Source: a virus (lineage: Duplodnaviria; Heunggongvirae; Uroviricota; Caudoviricetes). From it: a stretch of DNA of 39,153 nucleotides. The stretch is from the IMG/VR virus record IMGVR_UViG_2609459804_000025; one strand, given 5' to 3'. The notes under the pieces were generated by a model. The model was not told the origin of the DNA, ran no database searches, and was given only the letters and a program-made list of their open reading frames with translations. Of this stretch, positions 36,258 to 39,153 are shown piece by piece (position 1 is the first letter of the stretch; every line of letters begins with the position of its first letter). The position numbers were made by a program, and so were the translations under genes.

Positions 36258-36496
36258 GCGGCTACCCCTGTGAAGTAAGGCTCAACAATTTCACCTTCAA
36301 ACAGTTCTGTCATAATCGACTTTAATTCTTCCAGCGCTTCACGGTCATCGCTGCCCAGTGCGCAGTTGTATAGCCCCATAATTGCGCCGCGCAGTGAGTT
36401 ACGAAGGCTTTCATCCTTAGTTACGCCCCGGTTTGCGAGTTCAAAGTGATAACGTTGCAACGCGTTATTGATAAGTATTTTGTAGGCTTCGATCAT
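36254..36496 (-). CDS. hypothetical protein (80 aa)
   Basis: ORF in early operon. Confidence 0.5.
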   Translation of the reverse strand: MIEAYKILINNALQRYHFELANRGVTKDESLRNSLRGAIMGLYNCALGSDDREALEELKSIMTELFEGEIVEPYFTGVAA

Positions 36497-36514
36497 GGCT
36501 GAATCCTTTATTTA

Positions 36515-36850
36515 TCAGTGCTTGCTTCCCGGATATTGAAAACGCAGGCCGCTGATTAATCTGTCTGCCGTTCTTAAGGCTTCAAAAAATGTGAAGTCCT
36601 GTCCGAAGTAATCATCCCCGCGAGTCAGGGTGAAATTAAATCTGCCAGTAACAGGGCTGCGAAAACTTTTGTGAATAACGATGCCAGTGTCGCCAATCGT
36701 CCAGGTGTGCTTGCCGGTTTGTTTTACCGGGTGACCGTCTGGTGTGGCATGGATTTCAGTGGTTGTGGTCGCACTATTTTTACGGAAGTGCTGGCGTGCA
36801 ACGTGGCGTTCTGCGTTGTTATTAATGCGTGTATTTCGTTGTTGCCTCAT
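36515..36850 (-). CDS. hypothetical protein (111 aa)
   Basis: ORF in early operon; no recognised motif. Confidence 0.5.
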   Translation of the reverse strand: MRQQRNTRINNNAERHVARQHFRKNSATTTTEIHATPDGHPVKQTGKHTWTIGDTGIVIHKSFRSPVTGRFNFTLTRGDDYFGQDFTFFEALRTADRLISGLRFQYPGSKH

Positions 36851-36875
36851 TCTTCACTCGGTCCTTATGTGATAA

Positions 36876-37070
36876 TTACAGTGATTCGCTTCTTGTCAGC
36901 CTAAAAATCACTTCAGCCATGACTTCGCTAATTACATCGATCCCCTGATCGGTAAGGGCTTCTTTCCAGGCCTTGCTTGCACGTGTTGGATCCATCCTGC
37001 CTGATTGCTGTTGTATGATGATGAAGCGTAAATCGCTGTATAAGTCTTTTGTTTGAGTGGAGTCAGTCAT
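36876..37070 (-). CDS. hypothetical protein (64 aa)
   Basis: ORF in early operon. Confidence 0.45.
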   Translation of the reverse strand: MTDSTQTKDLYSDLRFIIIQQQSGRMDPTRASKAWKEALTDQGIDVISEVMAEVIFRLTRSESL

Positions 37071-37121
37071 GTCAACACCTTCAAATCCTGATGTTCTTAA
37101 TGATCCAGGTTTGTTTTGATA

Positions 37122-37646
37122 TCACTGGTTGCCTCCGCTGTATTGGTGTTGCTCCAGTTTTGACTTTCTTCCTGTGTAAACCCGCTTTCCATTGATGGTC
37201 TGGCAGTCTTCTTTGTTTGCCGGGGAAAACTTTCTTTTCTGTCGGTCGTACGTCCAGTAGCTTTTCCAGTTGTGCCATTCTGGCGGCTCGCATTCTGGTA
37301 GTTCGTCAGCCAGCTTGTCCCACTCTCTGGCGTTAAACCACCATACGCCATCCGAATTTTCATCTTCAGGGTTTGAACGGGTCTTGTGTCCAGGCATCTG
37401 ATTTCGCTGAAGCGCCACGCGCAATGCAGCTTTTGTCAACCCGATATAGGCTGCCCCTTTTTCAAGTGAGCAAAGTCCGGCTACCGGGCCATCCAGTCGC
37501 AAGGTTGCCCCTTTTTTGTAGGTGCGTTTTTTCTTTTCCTCTTGGTGTTCATCGTCGTTTGCCGCACCAACGGATTCGGTGATGCTGTCGTTTTCCTGAA
37601 GGGCTTGTGTGTCAGATAACTCTTTATCGGCAATGAAGTCCCGCAT
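37122..37646 (-). CDS. first early-operon gene; putative Cox/Apl-type excisionase-regulator (atypically long, start uncertain)
   Basis: Occupies the cox/apl position divergent from C; contains an HTH-like segment (AAYIGLTKAALRVALQRNQMPG); the acidic N-terminal 40 aa may not be translated if a downstream non-ATG start is used. Confidence 0.45.
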   Translation of the reverse strand: MRDFIADKELSDTQALQENDSITESVGAANDDEHQEEKKKRTYKKGATLRLDGPVAGLCSLEKGAAYIGLTKAALRVALQRNQMPGHKTRSNPEDENSDGVWWFNAREWDKLADELPECEPPEWHNWKSYWTYDRQKRKFSPANKEDCQTINGKRVYTGRKSKLEQHQYSGGNQ

Positions 37647-37708
37647 TTGTTATCCTCTTGCGTTGGTGCGCTTGCCGCGCCTTATGAAGGTTTGTTCTGG
37701 TTTGTTTA

Positions 37709-37726
37709 CTTCACCTTGTGGTGAAG
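37709..37726. promoter_or_regulatory. perfect palindrome cttcacc-ttgt-ggtgaag in the C/early divergent switch region (candidate operator)
   Basis: Read directly; 7-bp half-sites with 4-bp spacer, 24 bp upstream of the C start codon. Confidence 0.4.
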
Positions 37727-37749
37727 AGTGAAAAGAGGATACTCATCGT

Positions 37750-38091
37750 ATGGTGAACATGTCAAGAGATTACGCCAAAAAACTGAAGGCGATCAGAAAT
37801 GCGGAAAAACTTACGCAAGCTCAGTTCTCGCAAGTAACGGGGGTTTCTGTAGGAACTATAGGAAATTATGAGTCTGGATATAAACCTGCGCGAATTGAGG
37901 TTGTAGAAAAAGTAATCCAAGTCGAGCGATTCGAAAAATACACTATGTGGATACTTCACGACAAAACATTTCCCGCTGCCGGGCAGGTTGCCCCGGCTCT
38001 CTCTCTTGATGGCTCCATTCAGTCGGAGGGCGATCAGGTTTCAATCGGCATTACCCAAAAATCACCCCGATCTCGTCGCAATGCTGGCTAA
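37750..38091 (+). CDS. C: immunity repressor C (HTH_XRE)
   Basis: 113 aa; HTH LTQAQFSQVTGVSVGTIGNYESG; FEKYTMWIL and PALSLDGS segments resemble P2 C (FTKYTLWFM, PALAHFGQ). Confidence 0.8.
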   Translation: MVNMSRDYAKKLKAIRNAEKLTQAQFSQVTGVSVGTIGNYESGYKPARIEVVEKVIQVERFEKYTMWILHDKTFPAAGQVAPALSLDGSIQSEGDQVSIGITQKSPRSRRNAG

Positions 38092-38160
38092 CGCTGTACA
38101 TCGAGCGGGTTTCATCCCGTAGAGAGTGTACGGCTGATTCATCCGTTGGAGGGGCTAATC

Positions 38161-39153
38161 ATGTCTATTAAGCAACTCAAAGACGGGCGTTATAAGGTTG
38201 ATGTAAGGCCGCAAGGGGCGGAAGGAAAGCGGATCCGTAAGATTTTTACCCTGAAGTCAAAGGCACAGGAGTTTGAAAGGTATGTTTTGCAGAATTTCCA
38301 CGATAAACCGTGGCAGGCCAAGCCAGCTGATCAGCGTCGGTTATCCGAACTGATAGATGCCTGGTGGGTGCTTGATGGCCGGAATCAGCCTTACGGTGAT
38401 ACTTACAGGGTCAGGCTGGAAAAAATAAACCGTGAGATGAGGGACCCCCGCGCCAGTGAGATGACGCGAAAGTTTATGCTCGGGTATCGTTCAGACAAAT
38501 TACAGGCCGGATTAATGCCCTCCAGTGTTAATCGTGATTTGTGCGCCTTGTCTGCAATGTTTACTGCGTTGATTGATGCGGAGGTTTTCCATAACGAAAA
38601 CCCGGTGCGTGGAATACGTAAGCTCAAGGTCAGGAATACAGAAATGGCCTTTCTTTCAGATGATGAGATTGATCGGCTGCTTGAACGACTCGAGGGGGAT
38701 GCGCGTCGTGTTGCTGTTCTGTGTCTTTCCACTGGCGCAAGGTGGGGGGAAGCAGCTGGCTTACGTGGTGAGCATATCGTTGGTAACCGCGTAATGTTCT
38801 TTAACACAAAGAATGGAAAATCCCGCGCGGTTCCTGTTTCTGATACGGTGCTTTCGTTGATAAAAACCCGAAAAACCGGGCTATTGTACCAGGCTGATTA
38901 CATCCGTTTTCGGGATATCCTTCAGGAGGTGAAACCGGATTTACCCAAAGGTCAGGCGACTCACGTTATGCGTCACACGTTCGCCACGCATTTCATGATG
39001 AACGGCGGAAATATCGTTACGTTACAGCGAATCCTTGGGCACGCCACGATTCAACAAACGATGACGTATGCGCATTTTTCACCGGACTTTTTACAGGATG
39101 CGATTAGCTTTAATCCGCTGGCTGATAGTGTCCATAAACTGTCCATTGACTAG
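38161..39153 (+). CDS. int: tyrosine integrase, P2 Int family
   Basis: 330 aa from MSIKQLKDGRY (SD ggagggg at 6 nt); extensive similarity to P2 Int as recalled, including the catalytic region LSTGARWGEAAGL, HVMRHTFATHFMMNGG, LQRILGH, TMTYAHF. Stop TAG is the last codon of the window. Confidence 0.92.
   Translation: MSIKQLKDGRYKVDVRPQGAEGKRIRKIFTLKSKAQEFERYVLQNFHDKPWQAKPADQRRLSELIDAWWVLDGRNQPYGDTYRVRLEKINREMRDPRASEMTRKFMLGYRSDKLQAGLMPSSVNRDLCALSAMFTALIDAEVFHNENPVRGIRKLKVRNTEMAFLSDDEIDRLLERLEGDARRVAVLCLSTGARWGEAAGLRGEHIVGNRVMFFNTKNGKSRAVPVSDTVLSLIKTRKTGLLYQADYIRFRDILQEVKPDLPKGQATHVMRHTFATHFMMNGGNIVTLQRILGHATIQQTMTYAHFSPDFLQDAISFNPLADSVHKLSID

Larger units (their letters stand above)
1700..39153 (-). 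mobile_element. P2-like (Peduovirus-type) prophage, right end (attL) beyond window; left boundary (attR) somewhere between 1294 and 1803
   Basis: Contiguous set of P2 orthologues ogr, D, FI, FII, E/E', T, U, G, H, I, J, W, V, S, R, lysis cassette, X, L, M, N, O, P, Q, A, C, int in P2-consistent order apart from the inverted FI-U block; exact ends not determinable from this window. Confidence 0.9.

Overview
The window opens with a complete seryl-tRNA synthetase gene (serS, 1..1293, E. coli-type) and is otherwise filled by a P2-like (Peduovirus-type) temperate prophage running from ogr (about 1.8 kb) to a P2-type tyrosine integrase that ends at the last base of the window; attL is not in the window. 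Identifications rest on reading the supplied translations against remembered P2/186 proteins and motifs, with no database search run. Recognisable modules, left to right: ogr and tail gene D (- strand); tail sheath FI, tube FII, E with its E+E' -1 frameshift, tape measure T and U (all + strand, i.e. inverted relative to canonical P2 order); tail fibre assembly, tail fibre H, baseplate I/J/W/V, tail completion S/R (-); a sialate-O-acetylesterase-like cargo gene fused onto the end of the lysis cassette; lysC/lysB spanins, SAR-type endolysin, holin, X, L, M, N, O (-); divergent terminase P and portal Q (+); a cos-proximal region; a visibly AT-rich two-gene cargo island (Dam-class adenine methyltransferase plus an ABC-ATPase/TOPRIM-like OLD-family-type nuclease) at the position where P2 carries tin/old; replication initiator A; and an early region (-) with a second Dam methylase, a DEDD exonuclease, a DUF4406-like protein and small ORFs, followed by Cox-like regulator, C repressor and int. 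The best candidate for an undescribed system is the methyltransferase + OLD-like nuclease operon. Secondary candidates are a divergent membrane-protein locus with a repeat-rich structured intergenic region interrupting the early operon, and the esterase cargo gene that is translationally coupled to lysC. No rRNA, tRNA, CRISPR array or IS element was seen.
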